From Eledone cirrhosa (lineage: Eukaryota), in the NCBI GenBank assembly GCA_964016885.1, contig OZ024742.1, positions 236,034,001-236,098,000 on the forward strand: 64,000 bases of DNA. Direction: 5' to 3'. This document shows positions 26,187 through 40,124 of the stretch, in pieces (position 1 is the stretch's first letter; every line of letters starts with the position of its first letter). Both the position numbers and the translations under genes were made by a program. A model generated the notes under the pieces. That model was given only the letters and a program-made list of their open reading frames with translations, was not told the origin of the DNA and ran no database searches.

Positions 26187-28025
26187 AGCTACGTTCCGAT
26201 TAAATACGTACTAGTAATTATAGTGTTAATGCTAGTTGTAAGTGAGACTCTGTCTGACTGTTAATTTGGAGAGACATTTTTTGGTTCTTTTATAACTTTC
26301 ATTTATTTTATCATGTTTTCAGTTGTCGAGGTTTTTTAGGTCGTTTGGTCACCTCTTAAATCAATAGTCCATTTCTCAATCATATCAAAATATCGATAAA
26401 TCAATAACAAAGCCTCATCCAGTATATGAAGTGGCCAGTTGTTGAAGGTGTAATCGTAGCTGTGCGAATTAACATAATGTGGTTGCTATTTGTAATATAA
26501 TGTGTATTTATTTACCAGTTGGCTCGTTGGTCTAGGGGTATGATTTTTCGCTTAGGGTGCGACAAATCCCGGGTTCAAATCGCGGACGAGCCCAAACATT
26601 TAGGATATTATTTTCATTTTAAATCTATTTTCTGTCGCACCATGTTGACTTAGATGTAATAAACATTTAAATTTATATATTTTTCAGGTATCATCTAATT
26701 TTTTTTTTTACCTTTGGGAACTATTCGTATAACAGTCTGTGAAAAAGAGCTCAATTTCAAACAACTAAATGCAAGCTCTATTCTGAGTAACAAAAAGTAT
26801 TTACATCTGCTTACGTTTTCGTGGTCTGGTTTATATGTAGAAAAATAATAATAAAACACTACAGACTTGGATCAGCATAGGTCACTCTGTTTTACTTGTA
26901 GTATTTTACATATTGGGTTTAAAAGGAAGAAACAATAGGGGCTGTAGGAGACGTCTAGATAATCCGGAACGAATAAGAACGGGAAAAAGAGCAAGAAAAC
27001 TGTTTTCTTTAAAAAAAAGAAAAGATGATGATGGGCTCGTCCGTGATTTGCACCCTGGACCTCTCGCACCCAAGGCGAGAACCATGCGTCTAGACCAACG
27101 AACAACGCATAACAATGCAATTAAATATATATTAGTAATTATAGTTTTAATGATAGTTGTAACTGAGTCTCTATGTTGGAAACACTTTTTTCTTTCTTTT
27201 TTAACTTATGTTGGGAACATTTATTATTGTTTGCTTTTTAATTTTAATTTATTTTATTATGTTTCTACAGGTCTAGGATTTTTAGGACACCCGGTCTATT
27301 CTTCAAACTTAATTCCACTTCTCAATCATGTCCAAATATCAATAAATCAATAACATCAACCCAATAATCACAACTGACACCATAACATTACTATTACACC
27401 TTTTTTATAAAGCATATGACGTGGCCAATTTCAGAAAGTGTAATATATTTGCAAAGTAATATACACTTACTGCTTTTAGTATATTAATTTGAAAGTGTTT
27501 ACCAGTTGGTTCGTTGGTCTAGGGGTATGATTTTCGCTTAGGGTGCGAGAGGTCCCGGGTTCAAATCCCGGACGACCCCAAACTTTTTGGAATGTTTTTT
27601 ATCATAAGGCTATTTTCTGTCACACTGTGTTGACTTGGATGTAATGTACATGTTTTTCAGGTATCATCTAATTTTTTTTTCACTTTTGAGAACAATTAGT
27701 ATAACAGTCTGTGATGAAAAAAAAAGCTCAATTTAAAACAACTAAATGCGAGCTCTATATAATTGCTGAGTAACAAAGAGTATTTACATCTGTTTACGTT
27801 TCTGTGGTCTGGTTTATATGGAGAAAAATAGTAAAACTCTACAGACGTCGATCAGTATTGGTCACTCAAAGTTACTTGTTGTATTTAACATATTGGATTT
27901 AAAAGAAAACAATAGGGGTTGTGGCAAACGTCGAGATCATCCGGAAAGAAGAACAAGAAAAAGAACTTTTGTGTACTGAACAAAAACTGTTTTGTTTTTT
28001 TTGAAAAAAAATAAGAGGTTATAAT

Positions 28026-28097
28026 GGGCTCGTCCGGGATTTGAACCCGGGACCTCTCGCACCCAAAGCGAGAATCATACCCCTAGACCAACGAGCC
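28026..28097 (-). tRNA. tRNA-Pro(TGG), canonical
   Basis: Same sequence as 10896-10967. Confidence 0.95.
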
Positions 28098-29420
28098 AGC
28101 TACGTTCCGATTAAATACGTACTAGTAATTATAGTGTTAATGCTAGTTGTAAGTGAGACTCTGCCTGACTGTTAATTTGGAGAGACATTTTTTGGTTCTT
28201 TTATAACTTTCATTTATTTTATCATGTTTTCAGTTGTCGAGGTTTTTTAGGTCGTTTGGATACCTCTTAAATCAATAGTCCATTTCTCAATCATATCAAA
28301 ATATGGATAAATCAATAACAAAGCTTCATCCAGTATATGAAGTGGCCAGTTGTTGAAGGTGTCATCGTAGCTGTGCGAATTAACATAATGTGGTTGCTAT
28401 TTGTAATATAATGTGTATTTATTTACCAGTTGGCTCGTTGGTCTAGGGGTATGATTTTTCGCTTAGGGTGCGACAAATCCCGGGTTCAAATCGCGGACGA
28501 GCCCAAACATTTAGGATATTATTTTCATTTTAAATCTATTTTCTGTCGCACCATGTTGACTTAGATGTAATAAACATTTAAATTTATATATTTTTCAGGT
28601 ATCATCTAAATCTTTTTTTTTTACCTATGGGAACTATTAGTATAACAGTCTGTGAAAAAGAGCTCAATTTCAAACAACTAAATGCAAGCTCTATTCTGAG
28701 TAACAAAAAGTATTTACATCTGCTTACGTTTTCGTGGTCTGGTTTATATGTAGAAAAATAATAATAAAACACTACAGACTTGGATCAGAATAGGTCACTT
28801 TGTTTTACTTGTAGTATTTTACATATTGGGTTTAAAAGGAAGAAACAATAGGGGCTGTAGGAAACGTCTAGATAATCCGGAAAGAAAAAGAACGGGAAAA
28901 AGAGTAAGAAAACTGTTTTCTTTAAAAAAAAAAAAATCTTATGATGGGCTCGTCCGTGATTTGCACCCTGGACCTCTCGCACCCAAGGCGAGAACCATGC
29001 GTCTAGACCAACGAACAACGCATAACAATGCAATTAAATATATATTAGTAATTATAGTTTTAATGATAGTTGTAACTGAGTCTCTATGTTGGAAACACTT
29101 TTTTCTTTCTTTTTTAACTTATGTTGGGAACATTTATTTTTGTTTGCTTTTTAATTTTAATTTATTTTATTATGTTTCTACAGATCTAGGATTTTTAGGA
29201 CACCCGGTCTATTCTTCAAACTTAATTCCACTTCTCAATCATGTCCAAATATCAATAAATCAATAACATCAACCCAATAATCACAACTGACACCATAACA
29301 TTACTATTACACCTTTTTTATAAAGCATATGACGTGGCCAATTTCAGAAAGTGTAATATATTTGCAAAGTAATATACACTTACTGCTTTTAGTATATTAA
29401 TTTGAACGTATTTACCAGTT

Positions 29421-29492
29421 GGTTCGTTGGTCTAGGGGTATGATTTTCGCTTAGGGTGCGAGAGGTCCCGAGTTCAAATCCCGGACGAACCC
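29421..29492 (+). tRNA. tRNA-Pro(AGG), class B variant with U3-A70 and G52>A (also starting at 37963 and 59585)
   Basis: 3' half reads GGTCCCGAGTTCAAATCCCGGACGAACCC. Confidence 0.65.
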
Positions 29493-30391
29493 AAACTTTT
29501 TGGAATGTTTTTTATCATAAGGCTATTTTCTGTCACACTGTGTTGACTTGGATGTAATGTACATGTTTTTCAGGTATCATCTAATTTTTTTTTTTACCTT
29601 TGGGAACTATTAGTATAACAGTCTGTGAAAAAGAGCTCAATTTCAAACAACTAAATGCAAGCTCTATTCTGAGTAACAAAAAGTATTTACATCTGCTTAC
29701 GTTTTCGTGGTCTGGTTTATATGTAGAAAAATAATAATAAAACACTACAGACTTGGATCAGCATAGGTCACTCTGTTTTACTTCTAGTATTGTACATATT
29801 GGGTTTAAAAGGAAGAAACAATAGGGGCTGTAGGAAACGTCTAGATAATCCGGAAAGAAAAAGAACGGGAAAAAGAGCAAGAAAACTGTTTTCTTTGAAA
29901 AAAAAAAAGATTATGATGGGCTCGTCCGTGATTTGCACCCTGGACCTCTCGCACCCAAGGCGAGAACCATGCGTCTAGACCAACGAACAACGCATAGCAA
30001 TGCAATTAAATATATATTAGTAATTATAGTTTTAATGATAGTTGTAACTGAGTCTCTATGTTTCAAACACTTTTTTCTTTCTTTTTTAACTTATGTTGGG
30101 AAATTTTTTTTTGTTTGCTTTTTAATTTTAATTCATTTTATTATGTTTCTACAGATCTTGGATTTTGAGGACACCCGGTCTATTCTTCAAACTTAATTCC
30201 ACTTCTCAATCATGTCCAAATATCAATAAATCAATAACATCAACCCAATAATCACAACTGACGCCATAACATTACTATTACACCTTTTTTATAAAGCATA
30301 TGACGTGGCCAATTTCAGAAAGTGTAATATATTTGCAAAGTAATATAAACTTACTGCTTTTAGTATATTAATTTGAACGTATTTACCAGTT

Positions 30392-30463
30392 GGTTCGTTG
30401 GTCTAGGGGTATGATTTTCGCTTAGGGTGCGAGAGGTCCCGGGTTCAAATCCCGGACGAGCCC
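30392..30463 (+). tRNA. tRNA-Pro(AGG), class B modal sequence
   Basis: Same sequence as 4640-4711. Confidence 0.85.
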
Positions 30464-30910
30464 AAACTTTTTGGAATGTTTTTTATCGTAAGGCTATTTT
30501 CTGTAACACTGTGTTGACTTGGATGTAATGTACAGGTTTTTCAGGTATCATCTAATCTTTTTTTCACTTTTGAGAACTATTAGTATAAACTATCTGTGAT
30601 GAAAAAAAAAGCTCAATTTAAAACAACTAAATGCAAGCTCTATATAATTTCTGAGTAACAAAGAGTATTTACATCTGTTTACGTTTCCGTGGTCTGGTTT
30701 ATATGCAGAAAAATAGTAAAACTCTACAGACGTCGATCAGTATTGGTCACTCAAATTTACTTGTAGTATTTAACATATTGGATTTAAAAGAAAACAATAG
30801 GGGTTGTGGCAAAAGTCGAGATCATCCGGAAAGAAGAACAAGAAAAAGAACTTTTGTGTACTGAACAAAAACTGTTTTGTTTTTTTTGAAAAGAAATAAG
30901 AGGTTATAAT

Positions 30911-30982
30911 GGGCTCGTCCGGGATTTGAACCCGGGACCTCTCGCACCCAAAGCGAGAATCATACCCCTAGACCAACGAGCC
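30911..30982 (-). tRNA. tRNA-Pro(TGG), canonical
   Basis: Same sequence as 10896-10967. Confidence 0.95.
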
Positions 30983-32228
30983 AGCTACGTTCCGATTAAA
31001 CACGTACTAGTAATTATAGTGTTAATGCTAGTTGTAAGTGAGACTCTGACTGACTGTTAATTTGGAGAGACATTTTTTGTTTCTTTTATAACTTTCATTT
31101 ATTTTATCATGTTTTCAGTTGTCGAGGTTTTTTAGGTCGTTTGGTCACCTCTTAAATCAATAGTCCATTTCTCAATCATATCAAAATATCGATAAATCAA
31201 TAACAAAGCCTCATCCAGTATATGAAGTGGCCAGTTGTTGAATGTGTAATCGTAGCTGTGCGAATTAACATAATGTGGTTGCTATTTGTAATATAATGTG
31301 TATTTATTTACCAGTTGGCTCGTTTGTCTAGGGGTATGATTTTTCACTTAGGGTGCGACAGATCCCGGGTTCAAATCGCGGACGAGCCCAAACATTTAGG
31401 ATATTATTTTCATTTTAAATCTTTTTTTTTTACCTATGGGAACTATTAGTATAACAGTCTGTGAAAAAGAGCTCAATTTCAAACAACTAAATGCAAGCTC
31501 TATTCTGAGTAACAAAAAGTATTTACATCTGCTTACGTTTTCGTGGTCTGGTTTATATGTAGAAAAATAATAATAAAACACTACAGACTTGGATCAGCAT
31601 AGGTCACTCTGTTTTACTTGTAGTATTTTACATATTGGGTTTAAAAGGAAGAAACAATAGGGGCTGTAGGAAACGTCTAGATAATCCGGAAAGAAAAAGA
31701 ACGGGAAAAAGAGTAAGAAAACTGTTTTCTTTAAAAAAAAAAAAGATTATGTTGGGCTCGTCCGTGATTTGCACCCTGGACCTCTCGCACCCAAGGCGAG
31801 AACCATGCGTCTCGACCAACGAACAACGCATAACAATGCAATTAAATATATATTAGTAATTATAGTTTTAATGATAGTTGTAACTGAGTCTCTATGTTGG
31901 AAACACTTTTTTCTTTCTTTTTTAACTTATGTTGGGAACATTTATTTTTGTTTGCTTTTTAATTTTAATTTATTTTATTATGTTTCTACAGGTCTAGGAT
32001 TTTTAGGACACCCGGTCTATTCTTCAAACTTAATTCCACTTCTCAATCATGTCCAAATATCAATAAATCAATAACATCAACCCAATAATCACAACTGACG
32101 CCATAACATTACTATTACACCTTTTTTATAAAGCATATGACGTGGCCAATTTCAGAAAGTGTAATATATTTGCAAAGTAATATACACTTACTGCTTTTAG
32201 TATATTAATTTGAAAGTATTTACCAGTT

Positions 32229-32300
32229 GGTTCGTTGGTCTAGGGGTATGATTTTCGCTTAGGGTGCGAGAGGTCCCGGGTTCAAATCCCGGACGAGCCC
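32229..32300 (+). tRNA. tRNA-Pro(AGG), class B modal sequence
   Basis: Same sequence as 4640-4711. Confidence 0.85.
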
Positions 32301-34138
32301 AAACTTTTTGGAATGTTTTTTATCATAAGGCTATTTTCTGTCACACTGTGTTGACTTGGATGTAATGTACATGTTTTTCAGGTATCATCTAATTTTTATT
32401 TCACTTTTGAGAACTATTAGTATAACAGTCTGTGATGAAAAAAAAAGCTCAATTTAAAACAACTAAATGCAAGCTCTATATAATTTCTGAGTAACAAAGA
32501 GTATATACATCTGTTTACGTTTCTGTGGTCTGGTTTATATGGAGAAAAATAGTAAAACTCTACAGACGTCGATCAGTATTGGTCACTAAAAGTTACTTGT
32601 TGTATTTAACATATTGGATTTAAAAGAAAATAATAGGGGTTGTGGCAAACGTCGAGATCATCCGGAAAGAAGAACAAGAAAAAGAACTTTTGTGTACTGA
32701 ACAAAAACTGTTTTGTTTTTTTTGAAAAAAAATAAGAGGTTATAATGGGCTCGTCCGGGATTTGAACTCGGGACCTCTCGCACCCAAAGCGAGAATCATA
32801 CCCCTAGACCAACGAGCCAGCTACGTTTCGATTAAACACGTACTAGTAATTATAGTGTTAATGCTAGTTGTAAGTGAGACTCTGCCTGACTGTTAATTTG
32901 GAGAGACATTTTTTGGTTCTTTTATAACTTTCATTTATTTTATCATGTTTTCAGTTGTCGAGGTTTTTTAGGTCGTTTGGATACCTCTTAAATCAATAGT
33001 CCATTTCTCAATCATATCAAAATATCGATAAATCAATAATAAAGCCTCATCCAGTATATGAAGTGGCCAGTTGTTGAAGGTGTCATCGTAGCTGTGCGAA
33101 TTAACATAATGTGGTTGCTATTTGTAATATAATGTGTATTTATTTACCAGTTGGCTCGTTGGTCTAGGGGTATGATTTTTCGCTTAGGGTGCGACAAATG
33201 CCGGGTTCAAATCGCGGACGAGCCCAAACATTTAGGATATTATTTTCATTTTAAATCTATTTTCTGTCGCACCATGTTGACTTAGATGTAATAAACATTT
33301 AAATTTATATATTTTTCAGGTATCATCTAATTTTTTTTTTTACCTTTGGGAACTATTAGTATAACAGTCTGTGAAAAAGAGCTCAATTTCAAACAACTAA
33401 ATGCAAGCTCTATTCTGAGTAACAAAAAGTATTTACATCTGCTTACGTTTTCGTGGTCTGGTTTATATGTAGAAAAATAATAATAAAACACTACAGACTT
33501 GGATCAGCATAGGTCACTCTGTTTTACTTGTAGTATTTTACATATTGGGTTTAAAAGGAAGAAACAATAGGGGCTGTAGGAAACGTCTAGATAATCCGGA
33601 AAGAAAAAGAACGGGAAAAAGAGTAAGAAAACTGTTTTCTTTAAAAAAAAAAAAGATTATGTTGGGCTCGTCCGTGATTTGCACCCTGGACCTCTCGCAC
33701 CCAAGGCGAGAACCATGCGTCTCGACCAACGAACAACGCATAACAATGCAATTAAATATATATTAGTAATTATAGTTTTAATGATAGTTGTAACTGAGTC
33801 TCTATGTTGGAAACACTTTTTTCTTTCTTTTTTAACTTATGTTGGGAACATTTATTTTTGTTTGCTTTTTAATTTTAATTTATTTTATTATGTTTCTACA
33901 GGTCTAGGATTTTTAGGACACCCGGTCTATTCTTCAAACTTAATTCCACTTCTCAATCATGACCAAATATCAATAAATCAATAACATCAACCCAATAATC
34001 ACAACTGACACCATAACATTACTATTACACCTTTTTTATAAAGCATATGACGTGGCCAATTTCAGAAAGTGTAATATATTTGCAAAGTAATATACACTTA
34101 CTGCTTTTAGTATATTAATTTGAAAGTATTTACCAGTT

Positions 34139-34210
34139 GGTTCGTTGGTCTAGGGGTATGATTTTCGCTTAGGGTGCGAGAGGTCCCGGGTTCAAATCCC
34201 GGACGAGCCC
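34139..34210 (+). tRNA. tRNA-Pro(AGG), class B modal sequence (last clean copy in the window)
   Basis: Same sequence as 4640-4711. Confidence 0.85.
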
Positions 34211-34656
34211 AAACTTTTTGGAATGTTTTTTATCATAAGGCTATTTTCTGTCACACTGTGTTGACTTGGATGTAATGTACATGTTTTTCAGGTATCATCT
34301 AATTTTTTTTTCACTTTTGAGAACAATTAGTATAACAGTCTGTGATGAAAAAAAAACCTCAATTTAAAACAACTAAATGCAAGCTCTATATAATTTCTGA
34401 GTAACAAAGAGTATTTACATCTGTTTACGTTTCTGTGGTCTGGTTTATATGGAGAAAAATAGTAAAACTCTACAGACGTCGATCAGTATTGGTCACTCAA
34501 AGTTACTTGTTGTATTTAATATATTCGATTTAAAAGAAAACAATAGGGGTTGTGGCAAACGTCGAGATCATCCGGAAAGAAGAACAAGAAAAAGAACTTT
34601 TGTGTACTGAACAAAAACTGTTTTGTTTTTTTTGAAAAAAAATAAGAAGTTATAAT

Positions 34657-34728
34657 GGGCTCGTCCGGGATTTGAACCCGGGACCTCTCGCACCCAAAGC
34701 GAGAATCATACCCCTAGACCAACGAGCC
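34657..34728 (-). tRNA. tRNA-Pro(TGG), canonical
   Basis: Same sequence as 10896-10967. Confidence 0.95.
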
Positions 34729-36567
34729 AGCTACGTTCCGATTAAATACGTACTAGTAATTATAGTGTTAATGCTAGTTGTAAGTGAGACTCTGTCTGAC
34801 TGTTAATTTGGAGAGACATTTTTTGGTTCTTTTATAACTTTCATTTATTTTATCATGTTTTCAGTTGTCGAGGTTTTTTAGGTCGTTTGGTCACCTCTTA
34901 AATCAATAGTCCATTTCTCAATCATATCAAAATATCGATAAATCAATAACAAAGCCTCATCCAGTATATGAAGTGGCCAGTTGTTGAAGGTGTAATCGTA
35001 GCTGTGCGAATTAACATAATGTGGTTGCTATTTGTAATATAATGTGTATTTATTTACCAGTTGGCTCGTTGGTCTAGGGGTATGATTTTTCGCTTAGGGT
35101 GCGACAAATCCCGGGTTCAAATCGCGGACGAGCCCAAACATTTAGGATATTATTTTCATTTTAAATCTATTTTCTGTCGCACCATGTTGACTTAGATGTA
35201 ATAAACATTTAAATTTATATATTTTTCAGGTATCATCTAATTTTTTTTTTTACCTTTGGGAACTATTCGTATAACAGTCTGTGAAAAAGAGCTCAATTTC
35301 AAACAACTAAATGCAAGCTCTATTCTGAGTAACAAAAAGTATTTACATCTGCTTACGTTTTCGTGGTCTGGTTTATATGTAGAAAAATAATAATAAAACA
35401 CTACAGACTTGGATCAGCATAGGTCACTCTGTTTTACTTGTAGTATTTTACATATTGGGTTTAAAAGGAAGAAACAATAGGGGCTGTAGGAGACGTCTAG
35501 ATAATCCGGAACGAATAAGAACGGGAAAAAGAGCAAGAAAACTGTTTTCTTTAAAAAAAAGAAAAGATGATGATGGGCTCGTCCGTGATTTGCACCCTGG
35601 ACCTCTCGCACCCAAGGCGAGAACCATGCGTCTAGACCAACGAACAACGCATAACAATGCAATTAAATATATATTAGTAATTATAGTTTTAATGATAGTT
35701 GTAACTGAGTCTCTATGTTGGAAACACTTTTTTCTTTCTTTTTTAACTTATGTTGGGAACATTTATTATTGTTTGCTTTTTAATTTTAATTTATTTTATT
35801 ATGTTTCTACAGGTCTAGGATTTTTAGGACACCCGGTCTATTCTTCAAACTTAATTCCACTTCTCAATCATGTCCAAATATCAATAAATCAATAACATCA
35901 ACCCAATAATCACAACTGACACCATAACATTACTATTACACCTTTTTTATAAAGCATATGACGTGGCCAATTTCAGAAAGTGTAATATATTTGCAAAGTA
36001 ATATACACTTACTGCTTTTAGTATATTAATTTGAAAGTGTTTACCAGTTGGTTCGTTGGTCTAGGGGTATGATTTTCGCTTAGGGTGCGAGAGGTCCCGG
36101 GTTCAAATCCCGGACGACCCCAAACTTTTTGGAATGTTTTTTATCATAAGGCTATTTTCTGTCACACTGTGTTGACTTGGATGTAATGTACATGTTTTTC
36201 AGGTATCATCTAATTTTTTTTTCACTTTTGAGAACAATTAGTATAACAGTCTGTGATGAAAAAAAAAGCTCAATTTAAAACAACTAAATGCGAGCTCTAT
36301 ATAATTGCTGAGTAACAAAGAGTATTTACATCTGTTTACGTTTCTGTGGTCTGGTTTATATGGAGAAAAATAGTAAAACTCTACAGACGTCGATCAGTAT
36401 TGGTCACTCAAAGTTACTTGTTGTATTTAACATATTGGATTTAAAAGAAAACAATAGGGGTTGTGGCAAACGTCGAGATCATCCGGAAAGAAGAACAAGA
36501 AAAAGAACTTTTGTGTACTGAACAAAAACTGTTTTGTTTTTTTTGAAAAAAAATAAGAGGTTATAAT

Positions 36568-36639
36568 GGGCTCGTCCGGGATTTGAACCCGGGACCTCTC
36601 GCACCCAAAGCGAGAATCATACCCCTAGACCAACGAGCC
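36568..36639 (-). tRNA. tRNA-Pro(TGG), canonical
   Basis: Same sequence as 10896-10967. Confidence 0.95.
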
Positions 36640-38480
36640 AGCTACGTTCCGATTAAATACGTACTAGTAATTATAGTGTTAATGCTAGTTGTAAGTGAGA
36701 CTCTGCCTGACTGTTAATTTGGAGAGACATTTTTTGGTTCTTTTATAACTTTCATTTATTTTATCATGTTTTCAGTTGTCGAGGTTTTTTAGGTCGTTTG
36801 GATACCTCTTAAATCAATAGTCCATTTCTCAATCATATCAAAATATGGATAAATCAATAACAAAGCTTCATCCAGTATATGAAGTGGCCAGTTGTTGAAG
36901 GTGTCATCGTAGCTGTGCGAATTAACATAATGTGGTTGCTATTTGTAATATAATGTGTATTTATTTACCAGTTGGCTCGTTGGTCTAGGGGTATGATTTT
37001 TCGCTTAGGGTGCGACAAATCCCGGGTTCAAATCGCGGACGAGCCCAAACATTTAGGATATTATTTTCATTTTAAATCTATTTTCTGTCGCACCATGTTG
37101 ACTTAGATGTAATAAACATTTAAATTTATATATTTTTCAGGTATCATCTAAATCTTTTTTTTTTACCTATGGGAACTATTAGTATAACAGTCTGTGAAAA
37201 AGAGCTCAATTTCAAACAACTAAATGCAAGCTCTATTCTGAGTAACAAAAAGTATTTACATCTGCTTACGTTTTCGTGGTCTGGTTTATATGTAGAAAAA
37301 TAATAATAAAACACTACAGACTTGGATCAGAATAGGTCACTTTGTTTTACTTGTAGTATTTTACATATTGGGTTTAAAAGGAAGAAACAATAGGGGCTGT
37401 AGGAAACGTCTAGATAATCCGGAAAGAAAAAGAACGGGAAAAAGAGTAAGAAAACTGTTTTCTTTAAAAAAAAAAAAATCTTATGATGGGCTCGTCCGTG
37501 ATTTGCACCCTGGACCTCTCGCACCCAAGGCGAGAACCATGCGTCTAGACCAACGAACAACGCATAACAATGCAATTAAATATATATTAGTAATTATAGT
37601 TTTAATGATAGTTGTAACTGAGTCTCTATGTTGGAAACACTTTTTTCTTTCTTTTTTAACTTATGTTGGGAACATTTATTTTTGTTTGCTTTTTAATTTT
37701 AATTTATTTTATTATGTTTCTACAGATCTAGGATTTTTAGGACACCCGGTCTATTCTTCAAACTTAATTCCACTTCTCAATCATGTCCAAATATCAATAA
37801 ATCAATAACATCAACCCAATAATCACAACTGACACCATAACATTACTATTACACCTTTTTTATAAAGCATATGACGTGGCCAATTTCAGAAAGTGTAATA
37901 TATTTGCAAAGTAATATACACTTACTGCTTTTAGTATATTAATTTGAACGTATTTACCAGTTGGTTCGTTGGTCTAGGGGTATGATTTTCGCTTAGGGTG
38001 CGAGAGGTCCCGAGTTCAAATCCCGGACGAACCCAAACTTTTTGGAATGTTTTTTATCATAAGGCTATTTTCTGTCACACTGTGTTGACTTGGATGTAAT
38101 GTACATGTTTTTCAGGTATCATCTAATTTTTTTTTCACTTTTGAGAACAATTAGTATAACAGTCTGTGATGAAAAAAAAAGCTCAATTTAAAACAACTAA
38201 ATGCAAGCTCTATATAATTTCTGAGTAACAAAGAGTATTTACATCTGTTTACGTTTCTGTGGTCTGGTTTATATGGAGAAAAATAGTAAAACTCTACAGA
38301 CGTTGATCAGTATTGGTCACTCAAAGTTACTTGTTGTATTTAACATATTGGATTTAAAAGAAAACAATAGGGGTTGTGGCAAACGTCGAGATCATCCGGA
38401 AAGAAGAACAAGAAAAAGAACTTTTGTGTACTGAACAAAAACTGTTTTGTTTTTTTTGAAAAAAAATAAGAGGTTATAAT

Positions 38481-38552
38481 GGGCTCGTCCGGGATTTGAA
38501 CCCGGGACCTCTCGCACCCAAAGCGAGAATCATACCCCTAGACCAACGAGCC
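38481..38552 (-). tRNA. tRNA-Pro(TGG), canonical
   Basis: Same sequence as 10896-10967. Confidence 0.95.
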
Positions 38553-39750
38553 AGCTACGTTCCGATTAAATACGTACTAGTAATTATAGTGTTAATGCTA
38601 GTTGTAAGTGAGACTCTGTCTGACTGTTAATTTGGAGAGACATTTTTTGGTTCTTTTATAACTTTCATTTATTTTATCATGTTTTCAGTTGTCGAGGTTT
38701 TTTAGGTCGTTTGGATACCTCTTAAATCAATAGTCCATTTCTCAATCATATCAAAATATCGATAAATCAATAACAAAGCCTCATCCAGTATATGAAGTGG
38801 CCAGTTGTTGAAGGTGTCATCGGAGCTGTGCGAATTAACATAATGTGGTTGCTATTTGTAATATAATGTGTATTTATTTACCAGTTGGCTCGTTGGTCTA
38901 GGGGTATGATTTTTCGCTTAGGGTGCGACAAATCCCGGGTTCAAATCGCGGACGAGCCCAAACATTTAGGATATTATTTTCATTTTAAATCTATTTTCTG
39001 TCGCACCATGTTGACTTAGATGTAATAAACATTTAAATTTATATATTTTTCAGGTATCATCTAATTTTTTTTTTTACCTTTGGGAACTATTAGTATAACA
39101 GTCTGTGAAAAAGAGCTCAATTTCAAACAACTAAATGCAAGCTCTATTCTGAGTAACAAAAAGTATTTACATCTGCTTACGTTTTCGTGGTCTGGTTTAT
39201 ATGTAGAAAAATAATAATAAAACACTACAGACTTGGATCAGCATAGGTCACTCTGTTTTACTTCTAGTATTGTACATATTGGGTTTAAAAGGAAGAAACA
39301 ATAGGGGCTGTAGGAAACGTCTAGATAATCCGGAAAGAAAAAGAACGGGAAAAAGAGCAAGAAAACTGTTTTCTTTGAAAAAAAAAAAGATTATGATGGG
39401 CTCGTCCGTGATTTGCACCCTGGACCTCTCGCACCCAAGGCGAGAACCATGCGTCTAGACCAACGAACAACGCGTAACAATGCAATTAAATATATATTAG
39501 TAATTATAGTTTTAATGATAGTTGTAACTGAGTCTCTATGTTGGAAACACTTTTTTCTTTCTTTTTTAACTTATGTTGGGAACATTTTTTTTTGTTTGCT
39601 TTTTAATATTAATTTATTGTATTATGTTTCGACAGTCTAGGATTTTGAGGACACCCGGTCTATTCTTCAAACTTATTTCTACTTCTCAATCATGTCCAAA
39701 TATCAATAAATCAATAACATCAACCCAATAATCACAACTGACCCCATAAC

Positions 39751-39931
39751 GCGGATTGGCAGTATTGGTAAAGGGTCGGACGCCACTCTTTCCAGCATAG
39801 TTACGTCCCTTTATGATCTGAGTTCAAATCCCGCCGAGGTTAACTTTGCCTTTCATTCTTACGGGGTCGATAAAATAAAGTACCAGTAATGCACTGGGTT
39901 AATTGCTGGCCTTGTGCCTAAAGTAGAAACA
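39751..39931 (+). mobile_element. tRNA-derived SINE, 181 bp, with a Nin/Deu-domain-like core (copy 1)
   Basis: Absent from other units, where the site reads ataac|attactatt. A-box-like TGGCAGTATTGG at 39757-39768 and B box GAGTTCAAATCC at 39820-39831, then GCCTTTCATTCTTACGGGGTCGATAAAATAAAGTACCAGT. The family resemblance is from recall, not from a search. Confidence 0.85.
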
Positions 39932-40052
39932 ATTACTATTACACCTTTTTTATAAAGCATATGACGTGGCCAATTTCAGAAAGTGTAATATATTTGCAAA
40001 GTAATATAAACTTACTGCTTTTAGTATATTAATTTGAACGTATTTACCAGTT

Positions 40053-40124
40053 GGTTCGTTGGTCTAGGGTTATGATTTTCGCTTAGGGTGCGAGAGGTCC
40101 CGGGTTCAAATCCCGGACGAGCCC
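40053..40124 (+). tRNA. tRNA-Pro(AGG), class B variant with D-loop G19>T (also starting at 42143, 44233, 61675)
   Basis: CTAGGGTTATG instead of CTAGGGGTATG. Confidence 0.6.

Noticed and set aside
39751-39931. A fifth tRNA gene or an intron-containing tRNA
   Set aside because: It has A- and B-box motifs but no acceptor stem or cloverleaf, and it continues into a SINE-like body.
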